Positions 1-8,149 of a stretch of DNA of 64,000 nt are shown here, one piece after another. The translations under genes and the position numbers were made by a program. Each line of letters starts with the position of its first letter. The stretch's first letter is position 1. The stretch is from contig JBGQFW010000003.1 of NCBI GenBank assembly GCA_041497115.1, positions 15,120 through 79,119 of the forward strand. Direction: 5' to 3'. This stretch comes from Candidatus Methylomirabilia bacterium. GTDB taxonomy: Bacteria > Methylomirabilota > Methylomirabilia > Rokubacteriales > CSP1-6. The notes under the pieces are model-generated. The model was not told where the DNA came from, did no database searches, and saw only the letters and a list, made by a program, of their open reading frames with translations.

Positions 1-896
1 ATCACCGGCGTGTGCAGCTTGCGGAGCGTCTCGGGCGCGACCAGCCGCGGGCGCCGGCGGCCTTCGCCCGCGTTCCAGCCGGCCCACCGCGCGAAGTCCA
101 GCACCGACATGTGCATGGTGCCGGCGGGGCCGAGGACCTCGGGGTTGTCGCCGTCGGGCCCGCCGAGGAACGCCTTGAGCTTGCCGTCCACGAGCGCGTG
201 GCCGAGCGGCGCGTCCACGCGTCCCACCGTCGCCTGCGCGCCGAAGCCCGCCGACCCCAGCCTGAGCGGCCCGATGATCCGGTCGTTGACCATTTCCTCC
301 CACGTCCGACCGCCGGCGCGCTCGAGCATGGCGCCCGCGGTGATGTAGCCCATGTTCGAGTACGCGAACGCGGCGCCCGGCTCCGCCCCCGGGGGCAGCG
401 GGCCGACGTGCTTGACCATGAAGTAGCGCAGGTCGTCGAGGTTGCCCTGCTGGGTGTCCGTCCGGGCGAGCAGGTCGGCGAAGGCCTGGTTGTCGGCGGG
501 AAGGCCGCTCGTGTGCGCGAGCAGCTGCTCGAGCGTGGCACGCCGCAGCCGCGCGTCCAGCGTGGTCAGCTCGGGGAAGACCTCGGCCACCGTCGAGGTC
601 CAGCGCAGCCGGTTGTCCTCGACGAGCATCGCCGCCAGCAGCGCGGTGAACGCCTTGGTGTCGGAGCCGATGTGGAAGCGGTCGGTGGTGCTCACCGGCA
701 GCACCGCGCCGACGCGGCGCGTGCCGGCGGCGCCCGCCGCCACCACCGTGCCCCCCTTGGCCACGCCGACCGCCAGCGCGGGCAGGCCGTGCGAGGCCAG
801 ATAGGGCTTGAGCATCGCGTCGAGCGACGTCTGGGCGGCGGCGGGCGCGGCGACGGCGAGCACCAGCGCCAGGGCCAGCAGCGGGCGGACGCGCAC
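1..896 (-). CDS. serine hydrolase / beta-lactamase-related protein (partial; C-terminus lies beyond the window start)
   Basis: Minus-strand frame from GTG at 896 gives VRVRPLLALALVLAVAAPAAAQ (signal peptide) followed by an SDTK (S-x-x-K) motif and an esterase/class-C-like body. It is absent from the ORF track because it has no stop in the window. Confidence 0.7.
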   Translation of the reverse strand, partial: MRVRPLLALALVLAVAAPAAAQTSLDAMLKPYLASHGLPALAVGVAKGGTVVAAGAAGTRRVGAVLPVSTTDRFHIGSDTKAFTALLAAMLVEDNRLRWTSTVAEVFPELTTLDARLRRATLEQLLAHTSGLPADNQAFADLLARTDTQQGNLDDLRYFMVKHVGPLPPGAEPGAAFAYSNMGYITAGAMLERAGGRTWEEMVNDRIIGPLRLGSAGFGAQATVGRVDAPLGHALVDGKLKAFLGGPDGDNPEVLGPAGTMHMSVLDFARWAGWNAGEGRRRPRLVAPETLRKLHTPV

Positions 897-897
897 G

Positions 898-1668
898 TCA
901 CTCGCCCCGGAAGAGCGGCTTGCGCTTCTCGAGCATGGCGCGGCGCCCCTCGCCGGCGTCCGCGCTCTTTCGCGCGCGCAGCGCGGCGGCGTCGAGGTCG
1001 TCGACGACGACGGCCGGGCGCGCCGCGACCGCGCGCTGGATCACCTGCTTCATCCCGGCGAGGGCGAGCGGCGCGTTGTCGGCGAGCGTCCGCGCGAGGG
1101 CCAGGGCGGCCGCCTCGACCTCGGCGGCGGGCACGACCTGGTGCACCATGCCGATCTCGTGGGCCCGGCGGCCGTCGATGGGCCGCCCGGTGAAGAGCAG
1201 GTGACGCGTGTGGGCGGGGCCGATCACCTCGATCAGCTTCTGGCCGAGCGGGAAGGGGACGATCATGCCGATCCGCGCCAGCGGCATGCCGATGCGGGCG
1301 GTGTCCGCCATCACGCGCAGGTCGCAGTGCAGCGCCAGCTCGCAGCCGCCCGCGATCGCGTCGCCGTGCACGAGCGCGATGGTGGGATGGCGCGAGCGCT
1401 CCACGCGCTGCAGGACGGCCACCACGTCGCCCTCGGGATCGCGGACGCCGCCGCGCGCCTCCATCTCCTTGAGGTCCATGCCGGCGCAGAAGGCGGGGCC
1501 GGCGCCGCGCACGACGACCACGCGCACATCGCGCCGCCCCTCCAGCTCGTCGAAGGCGGCGCCCAGGCCGGTGAGCATCGCGCCGTTCATGGCGTTGCGC
1601 TGGCCCGGCCGGTTGAGCGTGACGGTGGCGATGCCCTCGCTGACGGCCGTGAGGATCTCGTCGGACAT
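898..1668 (-). CDS. enoyl-CoA hydratase/isomerase (crotonase) family protein
   Basis: MSDEILTAVSEGIATVTLNRPGQRNAMN...VVVVRGAGPAFCAGMDL crotonase signature. The upstream part of ORF 898..1962 is antisense junk, so the start is taken at the internal ATG at 1668. Confidence 0.85.
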   Translation of the reverse strand: MSDEILTAVSEGIATVTLNRPGQRNAMNGAMLTGLGAAFDELEGRRDVRVVVVRGAGPAFCAGMDLKEMEARGGVRDPEGDVVAVLQRVERSRHPTIALVHGDAIAGGCELALHCDLRVMADTARIGMPLARIGMIVPFPLGQKLIEVIGPAHTRHLLFTGRPIDGRRAHEIGMVHQVVPAAEVEAAALALARTLADNAPLALAGMKQVIQRAVAARPAVVVDDLDAAALRARKSADAGEGRRAMLEKRKPLFRGE

Positions 1669-1693
1669 GGGCGGGATGGTATCATCCCGGCCC
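1669..1693. promoter_or_regulatory. 25-bp divergent intergenic region with perfect palindrome GGGATGgtatCATCCC
   Basis: Lies between the divergent crotonase (-) and acyl-CoA dehydrogenase (+) starts. The dyad symmetry suggests an operator for a shared regulator. Confidence 0.3.
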
Positions 1694-2857
1694 ATGACGA
1701 TGTTTCCCGGCTTCACGCTGCCCGACGAGCTGCGCGTGCTGCGCGAGCAGGTCCGGCGCTTCATTCGCGAGGAGATCATCCCGCTCGAGCAGCGGCTCGA
1801 TCCCGACGCGCCCGGCATTCCGCCGGAGGACTGGGAGCGTCTGTCCGCCAAGACGAAGGCGGCGGGGCTGTGGGCGCTGGCCGCGCCCGAGCAGTACGGC
1901 GGCGGCGGGCTCGACACGTTCAGCGTCTGCGTGCTGTACGAGGAGATGGCGCAGCACCGCATGGGCCTCTACAACATCGGCTGCGGCGTCTTCGGCCGCT
2001 ATCCGCCGCCGGCGATCTGGGCCGGCAGCAAGGAGCAGATCGCGAAGTACGCCGAGCCGACGGTGCGCGAGGGATGGCGGACGTTCTTCGCGATCACCGA
2101 GCCCTCCGGAGGCTCGGACCCGGCGGGAGCGATCCAGACGCGCGCCGAGCGGCGCGGCGACACGTGGGTGCTGAACGGGCGCAAGGTCTTCATCTCGAAC
2201 ATCGACGGGGCGAAGTGGGGCGTGGTCTTCGCGCGGACGGACAAGGCGAGGGGGCGCGCCGGGATCTCGTGCTTCGTCATCGAGCCCGGCACGCCCGGGT
2301 TCACGTGGAAGAACATCCGCACGATCCGCACCGCGGCGATTCCGAACGACGTCCTCTTCGAGGAGTGCGCGCTGCCGCTCGACGCGCTCGTCGGCGCCGA
2401 GGGGCAGGGGCTCGATCTCGCGTTCGACCTGCTCGTGAAGAACCGCTTCCCGTACTCGGCGACCAACCTCGGCGTCGCCGTCGCCGCGCACCGCATGGCG
2501 ATCGAGCACGCGAAGCAGCGGGAGACGTTCGGGCAGAAGCTCTCGCAGCGCCAGGCGATCCAGTGGATGCTGGCCGACGCGGAGGTCGAGATCCGCGCGT
2601 GCCGGTGGCTCATCTGGGAGGGCGCCTGGAAGGCCGACCGCGGCGAGGACGCGCGCGTCGAGGCGTCGATCGCCAAGCTCTACTCGAGCGAGGTGCTGGG
2701 GCGCGTGGTGGACGCCGCCGTGCAGATCCACGGCGGCTACGGCGTGTCCAAGGAGTTCCCGCTGGAGCGCTGGTATCGCGAGGCGCGCGTGCGGCGCATC
2801 GGCGAGGGACCGTCGGAGGTGCATCGCATGGTCATCGCCCGCCAGCTCTTCCGCTGA
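1694..2857 (+). CDS. acyl-CoA dehydrogenase
   Basis: MTMFPGFTLPDELRVLREQV... with the ACAD-fold sequence along its whole length and a C-terminal ...IHGGYGVSKEFPLERWYREARV. The first part of ORF 1208..2857 is antisense of the crotonase gene. Confidence 0.9.
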   Translation: MTMFPGFTLPDELRVLREQVRRFIREEIIPLEQRLDPDAPGIPPEDWERLSAKTKAAGLWALAAPEQYGGGGLDTFSVCVLYEEMAQHRMGLYNIGCGVFGRYPPPAIWAGSKEQIAKYAEPTVREGWRTFFAITEPSGGSDPAGAIQTRAERRGDTWVLNGRKVFISNIDGAKWGVVFARTDKARGRAGISCFVIEPGTPGFTWKNIRTIRTAAIPNDVLFEECALPLDALVGAEGQGLDLAFDLLVKNRFPYSATNLGVAVAAHRMAIEHAKQRETFGQKLSQRQAIQWMLADAEVEIRACRWLIWEGAWKADRGEDARVEASIAKLYSSEVLGRVVDAAVQIHGGYGVSKEFPLERWYREARVRRIGEGPSEVHRMVIARQLFR

Positions 2858-3996
2858 TGCTGCCGCTCGAGGGGCTCCGCGTCGTCGAGATCGCGCAGAA
2901 CCTCGCCGGGCCGATCGCCGCCGAGATCCTCGCCCACATGGGCGCCGACGTGATCAAGGTCGAGCGGCCGGAGGGCGACGACGCGCGGCGCTGGGGGCCG
3001 CCCTTCCACAAGGGCGTGTCGCCCGGCTACCTCGCCGTCAACGCCAACAAGCGCTCGATCAGCGTGGACCTCAAGGACCCCGCCGCCGTCGCGCGGCTGC
3101 TGCCGCTCATCGCCGAGGCCGACGTGCTCGTGCAGAACCTCAAGCCCGGCTCGCTGGAGGCGCTCGGCCTCGGCGCCGCCGACCTCACCGCGCGCCATCC
3201 GCGTCTCGTGTACTGCTCGGTGTGGGCGTTCGGCCACACCGGGCCGCTCCGGCTCAAGCCGGGTTACGAGCCGATGGTGCAGGCGTTTTCCGGCCTCATG
3301 ATGATGAACGGCGACGAGGGCGGGCCGCCGACGCGGATCGGGACGTCGATCCTCGACTACGGCACCGGCATGTGGGCGGCGATGGGCGTGCTCGGCGCCC
3401 TCGTGCGGCGCGCCGCCACCGGCCGCGGCGGCGTCGTGGACGCCTCGCTCTTCGAGACCGGGCTGGCGTGGCTCAAGGGCCACTACGCGAGCTTCCGCAC
3501 CTCCGGCACCGTGCCCGAGCGCCACCGCACCGGCAGCAACCGCGTGGTGCCCTTCCAGTCGTTCGAGACGAAGACCGGCCCGCTCATCGTCGCCGCCGGC
3601 AACGACCGCCTCTTCGTGAAGCTCGCGGGGGTGCTCGGCCATCCCGAGTGGCCGAAGGATCCGCGCTTCGCCACCAACGCCGCGCGGGTCGAGCACAAGG
3701 ACGCGCTGCTCGCCGAGGTCGAGCGCATCTTCCTCACGCGCAGCAAGGGCGACTGGATCGACCGGCTGGAGGCCGAGGGGGTGCCGTGCGCGGTCATCAA
3801 CAGCCTGCCGGAGGCGGCCGCGCATCCGCAGACCGCCGCGCTCGACATGATCCAGCCGGTCCCCGGCGACGACTTCTCGCTCGTCGCGCTGCCGCTGTCC
3901 TTCGACGGCGCCCGTCCCGGCATCCGCCGCGCCCCGCCCGCCGTCGGCGAGCACGACGCCGACGTCGCGAAGAGTGGGGGTCACTGGCCGACGTAG
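2857..3996 (+). CDS. CoA transferase, family III (CaiB/BaiF-like)
   Basis: MLPLEGLRVVEIAQNLAGPIAAEILAHMGADVIKVERPEGDD... characteristic N-terminus. The start ATG overlaps the ACAD stop (TGATG). Confidence 0.9.
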   Translation: MLPLEGLRVVEIAQNLAGPIAAEILAHMGADVIKVERPEGDDARRWGPPFHKGVSPGYLAVNANKRSISVDLKDPAAVARLLPLIAEADVLVQNLKPGSLEALGLGAADLTARHPRLVYCSVWAFGHTGPLRLKPGYEPMVQAFSGLMMMNGDEGGPPTRIGTSILDYGTGMWAAMGVLGALVRRAATGRGGVVDASLFETGLAWLKGHYASFRTSGTVPERHRTGSNRVVPFQSFETKTGPLIVAAGNDRLFVKLAGVLGHPEWPKDPRFATNAARVEHKDALLAEVERIFLTRSKGDWIDRLEAEGVPCAVINSLPEAAAHPQTAALDMIQPVPGDDFSLVALPLSFDGARPGIRRAPPAVGEHDADVAKSGGHWPT

Positions 3997-4016
3997 GCAC
4001 GGCGCGAGCGGCGCTT

Positions 4017-4190
4017 CTAAGGTAGGCGCGTGAGTCGTCCCGACTGGATCAGGTCTACGAGGACGTTCCACTCGCCCTTCTTCAGGATTGCGAGGTTGTC
4101 GGCTTCGCCGATCCGCACTTCGTCACCGGCGATCTCGACTTCGGGGCATTGATCGCACATCGGACACAGGGACATCTTCACGTTGTCCAT
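4017..4190 (-). CDS. small Cys-rich ORF (CPMCDQCP motif), putative metal-binding
   Basis: MDNVKMSLCPMCDQCPEVEIAGDEVRIGEADNLAILKKGEWNVLVDLIQSGRLTRLP. It overlaps the 3' end of the MerR gene in another frame, so the call is uncertain. Confidence 0.3.
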   Translation of the reverse strand: MDNVKMSLCPMCDQCPEVEIAGDEVRIGEADNLAILKKGEWNVLVDLIQSGRLTRLP

Positions 4191-4629
4191 ATCTCGTCCT
4201 CCCTTCGTTGTTGAGCTTCGACCGCCCGGCTCCTTCAATGTGAGCGCAGACTGCCGCCCCGCCGGTTCGTGTCGAGCGCCAGCCGCTGAGCAGACCGCGA
4301 AGGCGATCCCGTCCTTGCTTCAGGTCAGCCAATCGCTGGTCCAACTCCTCGGCCTTCCGCTGCACCAGTTCGCGGACGTGGGGGCACGGCGCGCGCCCAG
4401 CGCGCTTTATGGCGACGATGTCCTTGATCTCGTCGAGCGTGAACCCGAGCCGCTGCGCTTGCCGAACGAACGCGAGAAGCTCCAGCGTCTTCGCGTCATA
4501 GACGCGGTAGCCAGAGGGGGTGCGCCGGGGTGGCGGCAAGATGCCACCAGCCTCGTACAGCCGCAGAGCCTTCCGGGTCGTGCCCGTACGCCGCGCCACA
4601 TCACCGATCAGCAGGCCGTCTCGTCTCAT
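4123..4629 (-). CDS. MerR family transcriptional regulator
   Basis: N-terminal HTH LLIGDVARRTGTTRKALRLYEAGGILPP...YRVYD, a dimerisation helix, and Cys82 in the position of the MerR metal-binding Cys plus Cys128. The C-terminal roughly 35 aa are low complexity. Confidence 0.8.
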   Translation of the reverse strand: MRRDGLLIGDVARRTGTTRKALRLYEAGGILPPPRRTPSGYRVYDAKTLELLAFVRQAQRLGFTLDEIKDIVAIKRAGRAPCPHVRELVQRKAEELDQRLADLKQGRDRLRGLLSGWRSTRTGGAAVCAHIEGAGRSKLNNEGRTRYGQREDVPVSDVRSMPRSRDRR

Positions 4630-4635
4630 GTAACC

Positions 4636-4676
4636 GCAGCCTAAACCCGGCCCCTGGGGACAAGGTCAAGCGGGAG
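4636..4676 (-). promoter_or_regulatory. MerR-type promoter: -35 CTTGAC, 19-bp spacer containing the dyad GTCCCCAGGGGCC, -10 TTTAGG
   Basis: Minus-strand sense reads CTTGACcttgtccccaggggccgggTTTAGGctgcggttacATG. A suboptimal 19-bp spacer with an internal inverted repeat is the hallmark of MerR-family controlled promoters. Confidence 0.4.
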
Positions 4677-4740
4677 CGAGAACTCGACCGCCGGCGGGGT
4701 GCTCACGGGCCTGAGTGACCTAAGCGTGGCCCCCATCTGA

Positions 4741-5580
4741 CTAATCAGCCTCAAGCCCGAGGGCCTGGCGCAGCGCCGCGCGGCGCTGCTGGTTCTCCGA
4801 CCACATCCGCCCGCCGCTGAGGCCGCCGTCCACGACGAGGGCGTCGCCGTTCACGAAGGTCGAGTCGTCGCCGGCGAGCCAGAGCGCGGCGTGCGCGATG
4901 TCCTCGGGTAGCCCCGAGCGCTTGATCGGCTGCATGTGCTCCAGCACGCCCTTCATGAGCGGCACGATTGCGTCGGCCTTCTCGCCCGAGAGGCCGAAGG
5001 CCTGGCCGAAGATCGGCGTGGCGATCCCGCCCGGGCAGATGCAGTTGACGCGAACGTTGTGCTCGCCCAGCTCCATGGCCACCGTGCGTGTGAGGTGGAT
5101 GACGGCGGCCTTCGCGGCGCTGTAGACGTGCGGCCCGAATCCCGCGCGCAGGCCGGCCACGCTCGCGGTGCTGATGATCGAGCCGGCGCCCTGGCGCTTC
5201 ATCACCGGGGCGGCGTGCTTCATGCCGAGGAAGACGCCGCGCAGCAGCACGCCGAGCGTCTCGTCGAAGCCGGCCACCGCGATCTCCTCGATCCCGCCGG
5301 TGACGCCGCCGGCGCCGGCGTTGTTGAAGAGGCAGTCGAGGCGGCCGAAGCGCTGCACCGCCTCGGCGATCGCCGCCTGCACGTCGGCCTCGCGGCTCAC
5401 GTCGGTGCGCCGGTACGCCGCGCGGGCGCCGAGCTCGCCGGCCAGCCGGCGACCGCGCTCGTCCTGGATGTCGGCGACGACGACCGACGCGCCCTCGGCG
5501 ACGAAGAGGCGCACGGTGGCCTCGCCGATCCCGCTCGCGCCGCCGGTGATGACCGCGACCTTGCCTGCCAATCTGGCCAT
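4741..5580 (-). CDS. SDR family NAD(P)-dependent oxidoreductase
   Basis: KVAVITGGASGIGEA (TGxxxGIG) cofactor motif, NNAG, and a YxxxK catalytic region. Confidence 0.9.
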   Translation of the reverse strand: MARLAGKVAVITGGASGIGEATVRLFVAEGASVVVADIQDERGRRLAGELGARAAYRRTDVSREADVQAAIAEAVQRFGRLDCLFNNAGAGGVTGGIEEIAVAGFDETLGVLLRGVFLGMKHAAPVMKRQGAGSIISTASVAGLRAGFGPHVYSAAKAAVIHLTRTVAMELGEHNVRVNCICPGGIATPIFGQAFGLSGEKADAIVPLMKGVLEHMQPIKRSGLPEDIAHAALWLAGDDSTFVNGDALVVDGGLSGGRMWSENQQRRAALRQALGLEAD

Positions 5581-5593
5581 GGTGCCTTCGTCC

Positions 5594-6259
5594 TCAGCCG
5601 CGCAGCGGCGTGCCGCCCCAGCGCTCGAGCGTCGCGAACTCCTCGACGGGCTTGCGCTTGAGCTTCGTGAGCTGCTTCACCGGCCGGCCCAGCGGCATGA
5701 CGGCGGCGACGGCGACGTGCGACGGGATGCCGAGCAGAAGCTGGATCTTCGGCTCCTGGGCGACGGCCAGCGTGGTGATGGTGCCGGCGTACCCCTCCTG
5801 GCGCGCGGCCAGCAGCACGTTCCACGCGAACGGGTAGATGGACGCGCCGCTGATCACGCCCACGCGCCGGAGCTCGGCGTCGGTGGAGGCGACGACCTTG
5901 AGATCCACGCCGATCACCAGCACCACCGCCGCCCGGAGGACGGACTCGAGCAGGCGCGCGGGCGGCGTGGTGCGCTCGATGGTGGCGGCGTCCACCCGCG
6001 GCGGGTCGATCGTGTTCCACGGGCTCTCGCCGTTGGCGATCTGCGCGGCGTAGCGCCGGGCGGCCGGCAGGTTCAGCGCGGACAGCGCCTCGCGGGTGGC
6101 CCGGTCGCGCACGACCACGACGCGCCACCCCTGGCGGTTGCCGCCGCTGGGGGCGAAGCGCGCGCGGTCGAGGATCCGGTAGAGCGTGGCGTCGTCCAGC
6201 GGATCGCTGGTGAACTCGCGGGCGGAGAACGTGGTGCGCAGGACGGCGTCGAGCTCCAT
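5594..6259 (-). CDS. nitroreductase family protein
   Basis: MELDAVLRTTFSAREFTSDPLDDATLYRILDRARFAPSGGNRQGWRVVVV is a typical nitroreductase N-terminus. Confidence 0.85.
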   Translation of the reverse strand: MELDAVLRTTFSAREFTSDPLDDATLYRILDRARFAPSGGNRQGWRVVVVRDRATREALSALNLPAARRYAAQIANGESPWNTIDPPRVDAATIERTTPPARLLESVLRAAVVLVIGVDLKVVASTDAELRRVGVISGASIYPFAWNVLLAARQEGYAGTITTLAVAQEPKIQLLLGIPSHVAVAAVMPLGRPVKQLTKLKRKPVEEFATLERWGGTPLRG

Positions 6260-6344
6260 GCGATTTCCTCCGGGATCGGGGTTGGCCGGCCCATCCTACC
6301 GCAGCCGGGCCTCTGGCCCGGAGGCGGCGGGGACGCGGCGACCC

Positions 6345-6386
6345 TTTATTGACTTAACTATTTACCCCCTGTACCGTAGCGGGCCT
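6345..6386 (+). promoter_or_regulatory. AT-rich island (TTTATTGACTTAACTATTTACC) upstream of marR, a likely promoter/operator
   Basis: This is the only low-GC stretch in the region, with a TTGACT -35-like hexamer. It sits between the divergent nitroreductase and MarR-efflux operons. Confidence 0.3.
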
Positions 6387-6869
6387 ATGATGCCCCGCCG
6401 CCGCCCGCCCCTGCGCCCGGTCACCCGCGACGCCGAGCGGCTGCTCGAGCTGCTCAACGCGCTGGGCTCCACCACCTTCCGCCAGCTCCTCTGGCAGAAG
6501 TCCTCGCCCCTCGACCTGACCTACGCGCAGTCCCAGGTCCTGTTCTACGTGGACGACAATCCCGGCTGCCACATGGGCGACGTGGCCAAGGCCTTCGCGG
6601 TGACGCTGCCGGCGGTGACCCACACCGTGGACCGCCTCGAGGAGAAGCAGTTCATGCAGCGCGCGGACGATCCGGCCGACCGCCGCGCCTGGGTGCTGGA
6701 GCTCACGCGGCGGGGCGCCGAGATCGCCCACGATCTGAAAGCGGCCCGCATGGAAGGGCTGGAGCGGGTGGTGACGCGCATGACGTCCGGCCAGCGGGCG
6801 CAGGCCATCGAGGGGCTGGAGGCGCTCGTGGAGGCGGCCCTGACGCGTCCCGGGGGGAGCCGGCGATGA
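6387..6869 (+). CDS. MarR family transcriptional regulator
   Basis: A winged-helix MarR body (LTYAQSQVLFYVDDNPGCHMGDVAKAFAVTLPAVTHTVDRLEEKQFMQR) runs from the internal ATG at 6387. The upstream part of ORF 6186.. is antisense. Confidence 0.85.
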   Translation: MMPRRRPPLRPVTRDAERLLELLNALGSTTFRQLLWQKSSPLDLTYAQSQVLFYVDDNPGCHMGDVAKAFAVTLPAVTHTVDRLEEKQFMQRADDPADRRAWVLELTRRGAEIAHDLKAARMEGLERVVTRMTSGQRAQAIEGLEALVEAALTRPGGSRR

Positions 6870-8149
6870 CGCCGGGCGCGCGTCGCGGCCTCGCCCTCGT
6901 CGCGCTGGCGGCGCTGCCGCTGGCGGCCTGCTCCGACCGCGCCGCCGGCCAGGCCCGGTCGGGCGGCCGGCCGCCGGTCCCGGTGACGGTCGCCGAGGTC
7001 GCGCAGCGCGACGTGCCGGTGCAGCTCAGCGCCATCGGCACCGTGCAGCCGTACACGAGCGTGATCTTGAAGTCGCTCGTCAACGGCCAGGTCGAGCGCG
7101 TCCATTTCAAGGAGGGCGACGACGTCCGCCGGGGCCAGGTGCTGTTCACCCTGGACCAGCGGCCGTTCCAGGCGACGCTGCGCCAGGCCGAGGCCAACGT
7201 CGCGCGCGACCGCGCCGCGCTGGGGCAGGCCGAGGCGGCGTCCAAGCAGCGGCAGGCCGAGGTGTCCCAGGCCGAGGCCAACCTGAACCGCGACATGGCG
7301 CAGATGGACAACGCGCGCGTCCAGGAGCGCCGCTATCGCGAGCTGGTGGACAAGGAGCTCGTGGCGCGCGAGCAGTACGATCAGATCCGCACCAACATGG
7401 CCGCCATGGACGCGGTCACGCGCGCCGATCAGGCCGCCATCGAGAACGCGCGCGCGGCGCTCAACGCCGCCGAGGCGACCGTCGAGAACGCGCGGGCGGT
7501 GATCCGGGCCGACGAGGCGGTGGTGGACAGCGCCCGCGTGCAGCTCAGCTACACGGTGTTTCGCGCGCCGATGGACGGTCGCACCGGCAACGCCACCGCG
7601 TTCGTCGGCACCGTGGTGAAGGCCAACGACGACAACGGCGTCGTCACCATCAACCAGGTCCACCCGGTCTACGTGTCGTTCGCGCTGCCCCAGCAGCTCC
7701 TCGCCGACGTCAAGAAGTACCGCGCGCTCGGCCCGCTGGCGGTGCAGGCCGCCCCCACCCAGCAGAAGCAGACGGCGACCCCGGGCGAGGTGACCTTCGT
7801 CAACAACACGGTGGACACCACCACCGGCACCATCCAGCTCAAGGCCACCTTCGCCAACGCCGACAACGTCCTGTGGCCGGGCCAGTACGCCGACGTGACG
7901 CTGACCCTGACGACCGAGCCCAACGTCCTGGTGCTGCCCTCGCAGGCCGTGCAGAGCGGCCAGAACGGGACGTACGTGTTCGTCGTGAAGGCGGATGCCA
8001 CGGTGGAGCTGCGGCCGGTGGAGGTGGCGCGGCGCCTGGCCACCGAGATGGTCATCGGCAAAGGGCTGAAGGCGGGTGAGCGCGTCGTGACCGACGGCCA
8101 GCTTCGCCTCGTCCCCGGCGCCAAGGTGGACATCAAGAAGCCGGCATGA
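6866..8149 (+). CDS. efflux RND transporter periplasmic adaptor subunit (lipoprotein)
   Basis: Lipobox LAAC, followed by a long membrane-fusion-protein coiled-coil region (ATLRQAEANVARDRAALGQAEAA...). The start overlaps the marR stop (ATGA). Confidence 0.9.
   Translation: MTPGARRGLALVALAALPLAACSDRAAGQARSGGRPPVPVTVAEVAQRDVPVQLSAIGTVQPYTSVILKSLVNGQVERVHFKEGDDVRRGQVLFTLDQRPFQATLRQAEANVARDRAALGQAEAASKQRQAEVSQAEANLNRDMAQMDNARVQERRYRELVDKELVAREQYDQIRTNMAAMDAVTRADQAAIENARAALNAAEATVENARAVIRADEAVVDSARVQLSYTVFRAPMDGRTGNATAFVGTVVKANDDNGVVTINQVHPVYVSFALPQQLLADVKKYRALGPLAVQAAPTQQKQTATPGEVTFVNNTVDTTTGTIQLKATFANADNVLWPGQYADVTLTLTTEPNVLVLPSQAVQSGQNGTYVFVVKADATVELRPVEVARRLATEMVIGKGLKAGERVVTDGQLRLVPGAKVDIKKPA

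Noticed and set aside
12-1193. 393-aa plus-strand ORF over the start of the window
   Set aside because: Composition is dominated by R, A, G, P and E. It is antisense to the beta-lactamase-like and crotonase genes, whose frames have coherent domain sequence.
808-3996. 1062-aa ORF
   Set aside because: Only the last 380 codons (2857..3996, CoA transferase) look like protein. The upstream 680 codons are an open antisense frame across three real genes.
4530-4718. 62-aa plus ORF between merR and the SDR gene
   Set aside because: Lies over the MerR promoter/operator region and the MerR N-terminus in antisense. Composition is not protein-like.
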